NCBI GenBank assembly: GCA_028534125.1
Contig: CM052817.1
Span: 59,956,001 to 60,020,000 of the forward strand
From: Lama glama
Lineage: Eukaryota
Direction of reading: 5' to 3'
Length of the DNA stretch: 64,000 nt
The notes under the pieces were generated by a model. The model searched no databases. It had not been told where the DNA came from and was given only the letters and a program-made list of their open reading frames with translations. The number at the start of each line of letters is the position of its first letter. Position 1 is the first letter of the stretch. Below are positions 26,248-39,019 of the stretch, piece after piece. Position numbers and translations under genes: made by a program.

Positions 26248-27117
26248 ATGGAATATTTTTAAATTTAATGCCAGACACAACTTAACATTTTATCATTAAC
26301 TGGATAATAATTCTATTGTCTTAATATTGATGTAGTTTTAATTCCTCAGCTGAAGTAATGAGGTAAGTACACAAGTAAATTATTATAAAAAATTAGAGAA
26401 AATATTAGTGTAAGCATTTAAAATGGGGTTTTCTTTAGCTCATGAGCAAGGCTAAATGTGTGTTTGTCTTTCTGCATAATTTTGGTCACTTAAGCATAGT
26501 TTTGGATAACTAAAAACCACTATATACTGTAGAATCACATTTCATTCTTCATTTATTACCCAATTTCTTTCAAAGGAAAGGAAAAGTGTTTGAAGTTTAT
26601 CAAATCCTTTAAGTTGGGGAAGCCCAAAGTGGGTCTTTTCTTAGTTGAAAATGAGTATTTTTTTTTTTGTATTTTATTCTCCTGTAAAAATCCCAGTGAG
26701 GTTCTAAACCCATCTCATCCTCATATATATTTCCCTTCTCTGAAAAGAAAGTGAATAATGATTAAGTAATGTAAGAGATAGCCAGATCAAAATAAGCTGT
26801 TGCATCCAATTTTCTTAGTAAATATTTTCAAAGGAAACTTGTACAAGTGGTGAATATTGAATCCTATGCATTGAAGTTACTGGTCTCTAGGTAAATGTAA
26901 GGATGTATTTACTCCTTTAAATAGAGAATAATTTTATTATGTTGATTTTCCAAAATGGCTAAAAGGATTGTTAGTAAAGCAATCTCTGTATCTGTTAAAT
27001 ACTTAGCTATGTTATGTTATAACTTGAGGTTGAATACAATGAGAAAAAACCAAGAAATGCATTTTAATATATATGCAGGTGAAATATAATTTATAATACT
27101 AATCACATTCAAGCAAA

Positions 27118-27190
27118 ACACACACACAGACACACACACACACACACACAGACACACACACACACACACAGACACACACACACACACACA
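27118..27190. repeat. Compound (CA)n microsatellite with periodic GA interruptions
   Basis: Direct reading. Confidence 0.97.
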
Positions 27191-28299
27191 GTTTTAAGCT
27201 ACTGTTACCACTGTGACATTCCTAGTCTCTCTAGATACTACTTTGGAAAGCCAGGGAAAACGAACAAGAAAAGCCAGTGGCAAGTGTTAAAATGTATCTG
27301 TTAGACTTAGAATTTTGTCAGTGGAACATGATTGCAAGGCATTTTTGCTTCCAATAAGCATGGCATAAAGCACAGGCGTGCATAAGGAAAAATAGGGTGA
27401 GATGAACTTAAGGAATATCTGGAAAATATATTATAAATCAGTGGTTTGCTAAGTTTTAAATTGGCTTTTAAAAACTTATGAAAGAATATTTGGAATTTCC
27501 TGGAGTGCTTATTGTATCAGATATATTGCTGTAGAAAAGTATACATTCTTTTGTTTAATAAAAAGTCTATTGTTTGCTAATGTATTAAAATATAATATTG
27601 AAAAATTTAAATAGATCTCTATTATGAAGTTAAAATTTACCTTCTGAGTAACAAAACTTCACTTGTTATTTTAAGTTCACAAGATACTGTGCCATTGAGG
27701 TGATTGAATACAATGGACGCAAAGTGGTCAAACATTGATTAACTTCATGTAGTTCACATGTTGGGGGCTGAAGCCTAACTCTTCAGGCACTACTCACATA
27801 CAAAGCCCAGCTCTTCAGCTTAATGTAAGTGAAGCGACTTGAGATATTAATAAATGCCAGTCTCTTGACTGACAAAAATAGGAAATGACAGGAATAATTT
27901 CAAATAGATCCTAGCAAGTTAAGCATAATATTTATTAATAGCATCATCTTTGTTAATAAGGAGCATCGTATTAATAAATACTGGGCAAACAAAATGGACT
28001 TCAGAGGTCAGATAAACTATGCAAATGGATGAAGGTCATCATATCAAATTATGAAAGGTTAGAGATAACATTATTTTAGAGGCTTAAATATACTGGTTGG
28101 TAAGTAACTGAGAAATTCAAAAGTATCTTCTCTTGGCTCTGAAGATTATCCCATGCAGTGGAAATATGCATGTGCCTTAAGTTGATTATCAGTATACTTA
28201 CTAAAATCTAGTGTGTAGGCAGTTACTGCCTCATATTTTACCATCTTTGTTGGAAATAACGACTTTACAAGGATATCCTATTTTGTTTGTGTTTGTTTC

Positions 28300-31200
28300 C
28301 AGGTTTTTTGTTTTTGCCGTAAATTTTTTTTTTTTATTTTTAGAAAATACACGTAAAATAAAATTTACCCTCTTAACAATATTGAAGTGTACATATTTAA
28401 ATATTTGTATATATGTGTACATACATCTCTTTGAGACCCTGCTTTCATTGTTTTAGTATACATACCCAGAGGTAAAACTGCAGGATCACATATTAATACT
28501 TTTTTAATTTTTAATTTTTGAGGAATCCCATACTGTTTTCTGCAGAAGCTGTACTGTTTTATATTCCCACCAAGAGTGAACAAGTGTCCAGTTTCTCCAC
28601 ATGCTCTGCAACACTTGTTATTTTTTTTTTTTTATGGTAGTCATCCTGATGGTGTGAAGTGGTATTTCATTGTAGTTTAGATTTGCATTTCCCTAACAGT
28701 TAGTGATGCTAAAAAATTTTTTCATGGGTTCTTGGCCATATCTATATTATCTTTGGAGAAATAAGTTTGAGTCCTTTTCTTGCTTTGAATTAGGTGAATT
28801 GCTATTGTGTTGTTGAGTTTTACGTGTTCTTTTTATATATTCTGGATATTAATCTCTTATTAGATACATGCTTTGCAGATATTTTCTCCCATTCTTTGGG
28901 TTTTCTTCTTACTCTGTTTCCTTTTTGTATTCTGTATTTTTTGCACAAAATTTTAAAATTTTCATGAAGTTCATTTTGTCTATTTTTTCTTTTGTTGCCT
29001 GACCCTTTGATGACATAGCCAAGAAATTGTTGCCAAATCCAATGTCCTGAAACTTTTGTCCTACGTTTTCTCCTAAAAGTTTTATAGTTTTAGGTCTTAG
29101 ATTTGTTTTGGGGATATTTTGAGTTAATGTTTGTGTATGGCGTAAGGTAAAGGTCCAACTTCATTTTTACTGCATGTAGATATCTAATTTCCCCAGCACC
29201 ATTTGTTGAAAGCTCTGTTATTTCCACATTGAATGGTCTTGGCCTCCTTGTCTAAAATCGTTTGACTGTGTAATCAAATGTTTACTTCTGGCTTGTGTAT
29301 TCTGTTCCTTTAGTCTATATGTCTGTTTTAAAGTCAGTACTGCACTATTTTGATTACTGTAGCTTTATAGTAAGTTTTGAAATCAGAAAGTGTGAGTCAC
29401 CTAGTTTGTTCTTTTTCAAGATTGTTTTCATCGTTTGTGATTCCTGGAGATTCCATATAAATTTTAGGATAGATTTTCCTATTTCTGCAAATAGTTTTTG
29501 GAATTTTGATAGGGGCTGCATTGAATCTGTAGGTTGCTTTGGGTAGTACTGACATCTTTAAAACATTAAGACTTCCAGTCCATAAACATGTGATGTATTT
29601 CATTTTATTTATGTCTTTAATTCTTTCAGGAATGTTTTGTAGTTGTCATTATACAAGTCCATCACCTCCTTGATTAAATTCATTCTTAAGAGTTTTATTC
29701 TTTTCGATGCTATTGTAAATGGAATTGTTTTCTTTATTTCCTTTTCAGACTGTTCATTGTTAATGTATAGAAATGCAACTTATTTTTGTGTTTGTTTACT
29801 CTGCATATTTCCTAAATTGACTTAATCTGTTTATGTGTACTAATAATTTTTGTCGAATCCTTGGAATTTTCTATATATAAAATCATATCATCTGTGAACA
29901 GAAATAATTTTATTTCTTTCTTTCCAGTTTGAATGCCTTTTATTTGTATTGCCCAATTGCACTGGCTAAAACTTTGAGCATTGTATTAAATAAAAAGTGG
30001 TGGAAGTGGGCATCCTTGCCATGTCCCTCATCTTAGAAGAAATTTTTTAATCTTTCCATTGAGTGTGATGCTTAATGTGGATTTTTCCATATATGACTTT
30101 TATTATGTTGAGATAGTTTCCTTCTAGTCCTAATTTGTTGAGTGTTCTTATCATGAAAAGGTGTTGAATTTTGTCAAATGCTTTTGTCAGATGCATCAGT
30201 TGAGATGATCCTGTGTTTTTTCCTCTTCATCTATTTAATGGTACACTGATTGATTTTGAAACATGGTTGCATCCCAGGAACATATCCCACTTAATAAGTG
30301 TATGATCCTTTCAATATGCTACTGAATTTGGTATGCTGGTGTTTTCTTGAGAGTTTTTACATCAACATTCAAAGAAGTTATGGTTTTATTTTCTTGTAGT
30401 GTTTTTGTCTGGCGCTGGTGTCAGGGTAACAGTGGCCTTGAGGATTAGGAGGTGTTGCCTCCTCTTCAGTGTTTTAGAAAATTTTGACAAGGGTTTGTGT
30501 TTGTTCTTTAAATGTCTGTTAGGACTCACCAGTGAAGATATCAGGCCCAGGACTTTTATTTTTCAAAATATTTTTGATTACTGATTAAATCTCCTTACTA
30601 GTTACAGGTTTATTCCAATTTTCTATTTCTTTGTGAATTGGTCTTTGTATGTTTTATGTTTCTAAAACTTTATTCATTTCATCCATATATCCAGTTTGTT
30701 GATATAAAATTATTTATACTGCTCTCTTATGATCCTTTTTATTTTTGTTGAGTCAACAGTAATGTCCTCACTTGAATTTTTTATTTAAGTAACTTGAATC
30801 CTCTCTCTCTGTTTCTTAGTCGGTCTAGCCAAAGATTTCTCAATTTTGTTTATCTTTTTCCACAACCAACTTTCGGTTTCATTGATTTTTTTCATATTGT
30901 TTTTATATTTTCTATTTGTTTTCTCTCTGCTCTAATGTTTATTATTTGTATCCTATGCAAAGCTTTGAGTTTAGTTTTTTCTTCTTTTTCTAGTTCTTAA
31001 GTTGTAAAAATGAGTTGTAGATTTAGATCTTTCTTTTTTTTAATATGAGATTTTAACATGAGATTTTATCAATTTCCCCATTAGCACTGCTTTCACTTTG
31101 TGCTATAAATTGGTATATTTTGCTTTCATCTTCATTTGTCTGAGTATTTTCTCATTTCTCTTGTAATTTCTTCTTTGATCCATGGTTGTTTTAAGAGTGT

Positions 31201-31320
31201 GTTGTTTAATACCCACACTTCTGTAAATTTTCCCATTTTCCAACTTCATGCTGTTGTGGTTGGGGAAGATACTTTGTATGGTATCTGTCTTTCAAAATCT
31301 ATTGAGACTTAATTTTCTGG
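28300..31320 (-). mobile_element. L1 (L1MA/MB-age) ORF2 through 3' end, with internal deletions
   Basis: Continuous antisense ORF2 sequence; ORF 29397..29603(-) CLWTGSLNVLKMSVLPKATYRFNAAPIKIP is an ORF2 motif; poly-T near 28320. Confidence 0.93.
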
Positions 31321-31811
31321 TCTTTAATATCTAGCTTCTAAAAGGGGAAAAGGGAGGGGTAGGAGAATGAAGGGTACAAAACAGTACTGGCTCTTTAAAT
31401 ACCTTGGGATTCACTTCATCCCTAGGAAGATGACTTTGCAACAGTGAGAGGACATACAAAAACATTAGCTCTCTGCCTCTGTCTCAGCATCTCTGTTATA
31501 GAAGTAGTGATCAGTGATCAGAACATAGATTCCCAATATTGGGAGGATTGGTCCTTATTGCCCACCCTGGTTCCCTCAAACTGCATGCAAATCATTATAG
31601 GAACACATAGACTGCAACCTGCCTTCGGACTGGGGACTGGGTAGCCACTGCTTAGTTGAGAGCTGAATTTTACTTACCATTCAAGCCTTTCTCTGGAAGT
31701 TGCAGAACTTCAATATGTCCCTGTGTTCCAACACAGATACCTGAGACAGATTCTGCCAGTATAATTGGGTGAAAGATGGAATCCTAGTGCTTCCTACTCC
31801 ACCATCTTCCC
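31321..31811 (-). mobile_element. Probable L1 5' UTR (old L1M type), directly adjacent to the ORF2 segment
   Basis: Higher GC; ends in ctactccaccatcttcc, the reverse complement of GGAAGATGGTGGAGTAG, resembling the GGAAGATGGCGG start of many L1 5' UTRs. Confidence 0.55.
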
Positions 31812-33089
31812 ATAATTCTCTCCTGTCTTGGGTTTTTAACATTATTGGATTTAAAAAAAAAAAAACTCTCCATAATCATTTTAAGAATAATGCAACATTG
31901 GGTAAGACTAGAGATAGACCAACATGAATTACTTGCATTGTAATTGTAAATCCATGAATCCCATTATATAAAAATTTAAGATTGTTATAATATAAAAATT
32001 AAAATTTCTTATTTATAGATTGCAGATCTGTTTTTTAAAAAATCTATACTGTGTTTTGTAGTCCATTATAAAAGTATGAATTCAGCTTGATTCATCCTTA
32101 CTCTGAAATCTTTATTTCACTTACGCTTAGAAGATACACATTGTTAAAATTGAAGCTAGTGACTACATTTACTATTTTCTGTTCACATACAGCTCAAGAG
32201 TAAATAAATGGCGATAACCATCTTACACTCTAAGGAGGTGCTCCATGAATGCTATTTCAGTGCGTACCTCTTTTTGTGTACAATGTATGTACTTATAAAA
32301 TTTTATTAACTTGGCAGAGCCCTCAGTGTCTGAAAACTCTTTGAAGAAAAATGTAGAAAACACAAGCTGCTGAGATAAAAAAATACAGAGAAGTTTTGGA
32401 ATGAATTTTTATAATTCCTTATTAAAATGAATCCCATTCTCTTGTTGAAAACTACATTTGACCAATTGATGTTTAACTTAAATAATTACCTTCTAAAAAC
32501 ATACAGTGAGATAGCTAAAATATATTTAGTTCTACTTCCTAAACTTTAAGAATGAATGAACTTTTTCTTAGTGATTATGGCCTTTCCTTCATGTACTCCC
32601 CATGCCACTAGAAATTGGGAACTTTCTGCATTTTGTACTATAGGTGCCATCAAACTAAAAAAAGCAGAAATGCTCTCCTTATCCTTTCCAGGTCAGTAAA
32701 TGTGATCAGTAATAAAGCTTAAGTGAAACAGTTTGTTACCGTGGAAGCTCCTGGTACTGCTCTATAGAATTCATGAGGTCAGATTCTACAGTGTCAAGGA
32801 AGATCAAACTAATGAAGCAATTTAATTAAAATTAATTGAGTATGATTCTGTCTCTTAACTGAGATTGATGTAGGGTTATTTTCAACATTTTCTTTGCTTA
32901 AGGTGAAACTTCATTTCCATACTCTTCCTCAGTATTCTTTTAGAATGGGTAGTTTTGATAGATAGTGATGGTTCATAGAACTTACCAAGTAGAAGACCTT
33001 TGAGGTCATTTACTGTACCACATGTTGAGATAGGATTATTCTTTTGTTCCTTTTTGGTCTCTCATATCCCTCCTGCATGTAGTTCTTTA

Positions 33090-33495
33090 ATTAAGCCAGA
33101 AAGAGAAAGAAAAATACCATATGATATCACTCATATGTGGAACCTTAAAAAAAAAAAAGGACACTATGAACTCATCTGAAAAACAGAAACACTCTCAGAC
33201 ATAGTAAACAATCTTATGCTTACCAGAGAGAGTGTGCGGGAAGGGATAAATTTGGGAGTTTGAGATTTGCAAATGTTAACCACTATATAAAAAAATTAGA
33301 TTAAAAGATAAATTTCATCTGTACAGCACCAGGAACTATTATGTTCAATATCTTGTAATAACCTTTAATGAAAAAGAATATGGAAACAAATATATGTATG
33401 TATATGTGTGATTGGGGCACTGTGCTGTATGCCAGAAATTGACACATTGTAACTGACTGTACTTTAATAAATTTTTTTAAAAAAACAAATAAAAA
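33090..33495 (+). mobile_element. Young camelid-type L1 3' UTR, 5'-truncated
   Basis: aagccagaaagagaaagaaaaataccatatgatatcactcatatgtggaa..gaaattgacacattgtaactgactgtactttaataaa plus A-rich tail; closely similar to 46620-47000. Confidence 0.9.
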
Positions 33496-35579
33496 TAGAA
33501 AGTATACCAGTTTTACAAAAAAAAAAGATTCTAAATAAGCTGAAAAGTAATCATATATTGAAGCCTCTATGAGTGCTTTGTTTAAGTCATACATACTTAC
33601 CTTAAGAACATAGTATAATCCCTATGATAAGCTTGTGTGAGGCAAGTTTGGTGGATTTTAGTTCAGAAGATTAGATTCATGCTCATATTACAGATTATAC
33701 AAGTCAAAATGATTAGCATCTATCTGGTTAAGTGGGGGTGCATACAGACGTGGTATACCTTTAGCATGACTGAGAACTCTGTCATTTGAAAATATTGTTC
33801 CCCTTATAAAATCAGCTTTACTATTCCAGTAAGTAAAATAGCTTCCATTTTGGCTTTCTTCATTGTACTTGCTTATGCATAAATATTATGGTCCTCCTGC
33901 CAGGTAGGTAGTATTTGTGATTTAAATATTCACTAGGTTTGACAACATTGAACATAAAGAGGTAGAACATGGTGGTGACCAAATAGGAAGATATTGGGGC
34001 TTACTACTACAAGGGCCATATGTAGTGTGATAGTATAGCATGATAGTTTATTGGGCATAGCCAAAAAAAGATTTAAAAATTCCTTTCATATACATACCTC
34101 TTCACTCCTCTGATATCATTTATTGCATATATGGAGTTAGTCCTTATAGAGATTAAAATATATACCTCTTAAACCTTTGCTATCTTTAAAAAGTGCTATG
34201 GAAAAAATTTTCTTATATATACAAGAATGAAATTAACTCTTTTTGTTTATGTTATGCCCTTTAAAGTTCTGTTCATTTTTATATTATAACCCTGGAAGAA
34301 TGGTGGGTTTAGCTGATCAGGAAACTTAAATATATTGAATACAGTTTCTCTGTTACTACTCTATACATTATATTAATCACTGCTAAATAGAGTTGTGATC
34401 CGATTACCAAAGACCCTAGAATATAACCAGTGTATCTCCTAGAAAGCTTTGTATATTATAAAACTCTATCAACCTAGACACTATCAGTATGGCAGGGTAC
34501 CTGAGCAGGAATCATATGGAGAGCTGAAGCAAGGTAACTACAGGTAGAAGATACCTTTTTAAACGAACTCGCTGATAAAAAGCTTCAACAGCATGACATA
34601 TCTCTGACATGCTGGGAAACAGCAGCTGACAGAGCAAACCAACATGTAACAGTTGGATTCAGGGGTGAGGATATAGGACCGTAAACCAAACGAGGCTTGT
34701 GAACAGCCGCCAGGGTTGCAAATCAAAGCCATTGTCTACCTATTCCATGTGGAGCTGACTGTTGAAACTAATAGTACCCTTTCCTTTAGATGTTCATGAA
34801 TGAAAGCAGCCATCAATTGGTGACCAGACAATAGGAAATTTCATTTTATTTCTGAAAGAGAAGTTATACATCATCTGGGGAACTTTTGACATTATCCATT
34901 GTTCATTTCAATTTTGTAGCCAAAATTTTATCCTGAGCTACCTTCCAATATCTGTTGCTAAATAACTGAGCTTCAATTTAGTGTCATGATTTCTTGTGCT
35001 GAAACCAACTACAGAGAACTGCCAGATATTTTCTGTACTTTGAGTAAGTGAGCTATTCCTCATTACTGCCTGTCTTGATTGGCAAAGGTAAGGAAGCATC
35101 TTCACAGATGATGAGGAGGCCAGTTGTACAAAACTTGTGAAAGCGTTCCCTTCATTCTGGCTACTGTAAACAATGTGAATGGCATAAGAGGCTTCACAAG
35201 GCTGTATACTGAAAGAACAATAAATCATTAGCACCACAGGAGAGAGTTTTAATAGCCTTTGATTAATCTATAATCTACCACTATTGCAATATTCTTTGTT
35301 AATGGAATTTTCAATTAGATTGTTATTTGAAACACAATTCATTTTACGTTTATTAAATGTTCTACGTACTGTTATGTTGTCATTAGGTAGCGTTTAGCCA
35401 ACTGATTATTAAAGCAACAAATGAGGATCACAGATTTATCATTTTTAGGAGCTTGCATTGCTTTTATAACATTTGTTGAGATTTAATGCCAAGATTCTAT
35501 CATTTTTTATATTCTAATCATTTTTGTCTTTTCTTTACTTTTTTTTCTCATTTTGCCTCCTTGTTGATGAATAGTTGGC

Positions 35580-35720
35580 AAGAGATTAACTATTTAGAGC
35601 TCAATTGTATGCTTATGAACAATATCTAAACACTGCTTGCATGATACTACCTACATCGTAAGTTTTGTTTGTAAGGATTAAGTGCAGAGTAAGAGTTCAA
35701 TTAATCTTAGCCATTTTTTA
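35580..35720 (+). mobile_element. MIR fragment
   Basis: atactacctacatcgtaagttttgtttgtaaggattaagtg. Confidence 0.55.
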
Positions 35721-35789
35721 TTGCTAATAATAAATAAATGTAGGGTAAAGTTTTAGTGAGTGTTTTAATGTTCAAAATACTAATTTAAT

Positions 35790-36030
35790 AGGTAACACTT
35801 AGGTAGTAATTATGAAGTTATGGGCACTGTTCTAAATGTTTTGCATGTCTTAATTCATTGACTTTTGTAGTCATCCTTTGAGGTAGAGTACTGTTATTTC
35901 TGTTTAACAAATAAGGAAACTAGGACACGGAGAGGTTAACCAGTTAGCTCAAGGTCAGCTTGTGTTTGGACCCAAGGAATTTCAACACCAAAGTCTGTAC
36001 TGTTAATCAGTGTACTTTACTACCTCTGTC
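35790..36030 (-). mobile_element. MIR SINE
   Basis: ggcactgttctaaatgttttgcatg..tgaggtagagtactgttatt..aaggaaactaggacacggagaggttaac..gctcaaggtca. Confidence 0.8.
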
Positions 36031-36489
36031 AACAATCTCAAATCTTAAATGTTAGTGTTTATAACTCTGAATATGTCTGTATCAGGTAGAAATATATATT
36101 AGCCAGCAACCAATCAAGTTTTTTAGACTCATAATGTGTCAAGTATCATATCATATTATGTAAGAAAATAAATGCAGATTTCCATTTTTTATCACGTTGT
36201 TGATCTGGCAGTTGAAATAATGACCATATCCAAATACCTGCTTTCTAGGTATTTTTCTCCTATGGCCTTTGATAAAGTCTTCAGCAAGAAAGGGTAGATG
36301 ATAAACAAGGTATTTGTCAGAAATACCCTCAGAGGAGTTAGGTGATGGAAGTGTTATGTCGAGGTAGACTAGGGATTGGAGTGAGGAAAATGAAGGGAGA
36401 AGGTACCATGGCCTGAATAATGAAGCAAAGAGGGAAGTGTGGGAATAGAGAGGTAATATTTTCCTATCCCCTTTGCTTTTAATAACCCA

Positions 36490-36600
36490 TGTTTATGATG
36501 AACACATGAAGATTCCATGTACTATTCTCCCTCATTTTTGTATGTTTGAAATTTCCCCTGATAAGCTAAACACAAAATCAGTCAAAATAAAAGAACAAAG
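36490..36600 (+). mobile_element. Old L1 (L1MC/ME) 3' terminal fragment
   Basis: tccatgtactattctccctcatttttgtatgtttgaaattt. Confidence 0.55.
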
Positions 36601-36719
36601 TTAAATTCAACTTTTGATGATAGAAATAATATGAAAACATTATGATAATTCACAATAAAAATCTCACCTATTTCATAGTGCTGGTTGTGCTATTTTAGAA
36701 TATTTAATCTAGTTCTAAG

Positions 36720-37260
36720 TGTTACCCCCAAAAGGTAAAGACCCCGGTTCTTGTCATACCTGAAAGACAGGTTTGCATTTGAGAGATGGTGTGTTGTATA
36801 GCGAAACATTTTAAAAGATTTAATTTTAAAGAAAAGAAAAGTACACCCCAAGAACGGGAGGTGGTCTGATACGAGGGAGGAAAAAGCAGTTTTTGTCTCC
36901 CCTTTCCCTTTTACCCTCGCTTAGAGGTGGTCTCTTAATTGATTGATGGCTCTTGTCCCTGGAATGCTTAGTCATGTTTGGTCCCCTTGCACATGTCCTT
37001 ACCTATGATGTACACAGAAAAACCCTTGGGGTTGGGTGGGCTAAACCGCAATGTGAATTATAATACAATGAGCATTGGGTTGTTAAGTCCTTTCTGCTAC
37101 CACGCAGTCATGGCTATCAGGTTTTAACTAGCTTTTTGCTGGCACTCATTTAGAAGTAAAGTCCCTTTGTGCTGGAGGCGGGCACACTGCCATCTTCCCG
37201 ACTACCCTCCCTCTCCTCCACCTACCTGCCCGGTGCCCCCACTTACCTAACTACCTAACG
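36720..37260 (-). mobile_element. Solo ERV LTR (ERV1-like), 541 bp
   Basis: Termini TGTTA...TAACG (canonical TG...CA with one change); 4-bp TSD TAAG at 36716-36719 and 37261-37264; GC- and CpG-richer than flanks; ATTAAA on the minus strand near 36820. Confidence 0.85.
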
Positions 37261-37529
37261 TAAGTAGCAATTTAAGACAAAATATGAAGTGATTCAGTAA
37301 ATCTCAGTCACCAAAGTCTGCTACTTGGGTTTTAAAAAATGATTAATAGAGGTGGTATATCTCAGTCTTTTCATTTGGTATTAGTTCTATGAATGTAACC
37401 ATGTAGTTGGTGTTAATTTTTTTAAATAAACTGTTGAGTCTCTTTTGAATAGAACTTAGATTCCAGTACCAATATACATAGTGTAATTTTTGATAGTAGT
37501 ATTAAAAATGAATGAATCCTCAGACAAAG

Positions 37530-37800
37530 CAAACATTTGTTGAACATTTGCTATGTATCAGGTACTATCCTAGGTCCTTTATGCATTTTATTTTCCACGT
37601 ATTAATTTTGCTGAGTTCTAAAAACAAAACCACAAAGTAGTTATTTCTGCTGGTGTATTTTCAAATGTGAAAATAAAGGATCATAGAACAAAAATCACTT
37701 GTTAAGGACATAAATTCAGTAACTGGTAGAGTAGGCATACCTGTACTGGTCGCTGTGACTTTATACTCAGGCTTGCTTTTGATCTTCCCTAATGCCTTCT
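37530..37800 (-). mobile_element. MIR SINE
   Basis: aacatttgttgaacatttgctatgtatcaggtactatcctagg..tttcaaatgtgaaaataaagg..cacttgttaaggacata. Confidence 0.7.
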
Positions 37801-39019
37801 AGTAGAGAGTATGCATCCCCTGGAAATTGAGTGAACATTAGCAAAAATAAATGGGGTCAATTTTACCAGTACCCCCAATTCCTGGATATCTACTTTTATA
37901 GCTCTTCACTATGAACTATTGAGAGATCTAGTTCCTTTCTTCAACTAGGAAGGACATACTTTCGTACGTCTTTTTTCTAGCCTTGAAATTAAAAACCAGT
38001 GTACTGATTCAACCAGCTCTTTCCTTTTACACTTTACTCTTTATTTAGTTCTAATCTTTAATTCCACAGGGAGCTCCTCTCTAGCTTGTAACAAAATTTG
38101 AAGCAGGTCCTTTTGTTTCCTAGAGGTTTATTCTTTTTGTTGTTAAGTAGAAGAACAGCATTTTCCCCTTAGCACTAGTTTCTTTAGTATGCAGAACCTT
38201 TCACCCCTGTCCTCTTGTATCACCCTGATATTTTCCATCTTGCTTAATTGAATCTTTTCTGACCTTACCTCTCCCTGATCCTCAACCATATTATAACTAG
38301 TAATTCACATTTTTAATACCTCAATGTATATTATCTGATTTTCTGGGGAAAAAAAGTATGTCATGAAGGAAGATGGGTATCTTCATAAGTATAAATCTTT
38401 GACTACTGAATGGTTTATTTTTTTTATAAACTGGCACTTGGTTTTTATTTTATACTATACTCAGTTTATTTTGATGTTTTAATTACCTCCAAATAGGGTG
38501 TGAAAACTGTCATTATTTAGCTTAGGAAAAAATAACCTTATAATGAAGTTACTTACAGCAATATCAGCGATTAGTGCCACTAATAGAAGATAAGTAAAAT
38601 GGAATGGCAAAGGTTAGGAACAGAACTGATTTCTTTCTTCTGATCTTTAATTACAAGTATTAAAAACTTTCTAGATGTTAAATTGACTTGCAAAAGAATT
38701 AATTGGCTCTTTGTTGACCTAAAAAAAAAACATTTTAAAGCAGATATTTGTTGCTCTGAAGAAGGAAGGGTCACTATTTTTGATATGTACGTATTTCTAT
38801 GACAGACTTCTGTTGAGAGTATCAGTAGCATCTCTGCATAGGCATTAGCACACAATCTGAAACCGGTATCAATATACTTATCAGAGGCATTATTATTAAG
38901 ATGTGTTGCTTTTGGGAACATGAGCAGCCTGATACCACAAGATGCAATACTGTAAGGACTGGAATTGCCTTAAAATACTAAGGCAATAAAATAGAAAGTA
39001 AAAGGAAATGGTGAAGTAA

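Noticed and set aside
27680..27737. Protein-looking stretch RYCAIEVIEYNGRKVVKH* after an AG
   Set aside because: Very short, weak acceptor, immediate stop, no recognised homolog.
34938..35237. 99-aa minus-strand ORF
   Set aside because: Non-ATG start and no protein-like features; the block is better explained as non-coding.
36977..36988. TTTGGTCCCCTT, identical to the first 12 nt of miR-133
   Set aside because: The match stops at 12 nt, lies within an LTR, and no pre-miRNA hairpin is visible.
38580..38951. 113-aa minus-strand ORF with an upstream ccttacag acceptor
   Set aside because: No recognisable homology, weak donor, and the ORF continues into low-complexity T-rich sequence.
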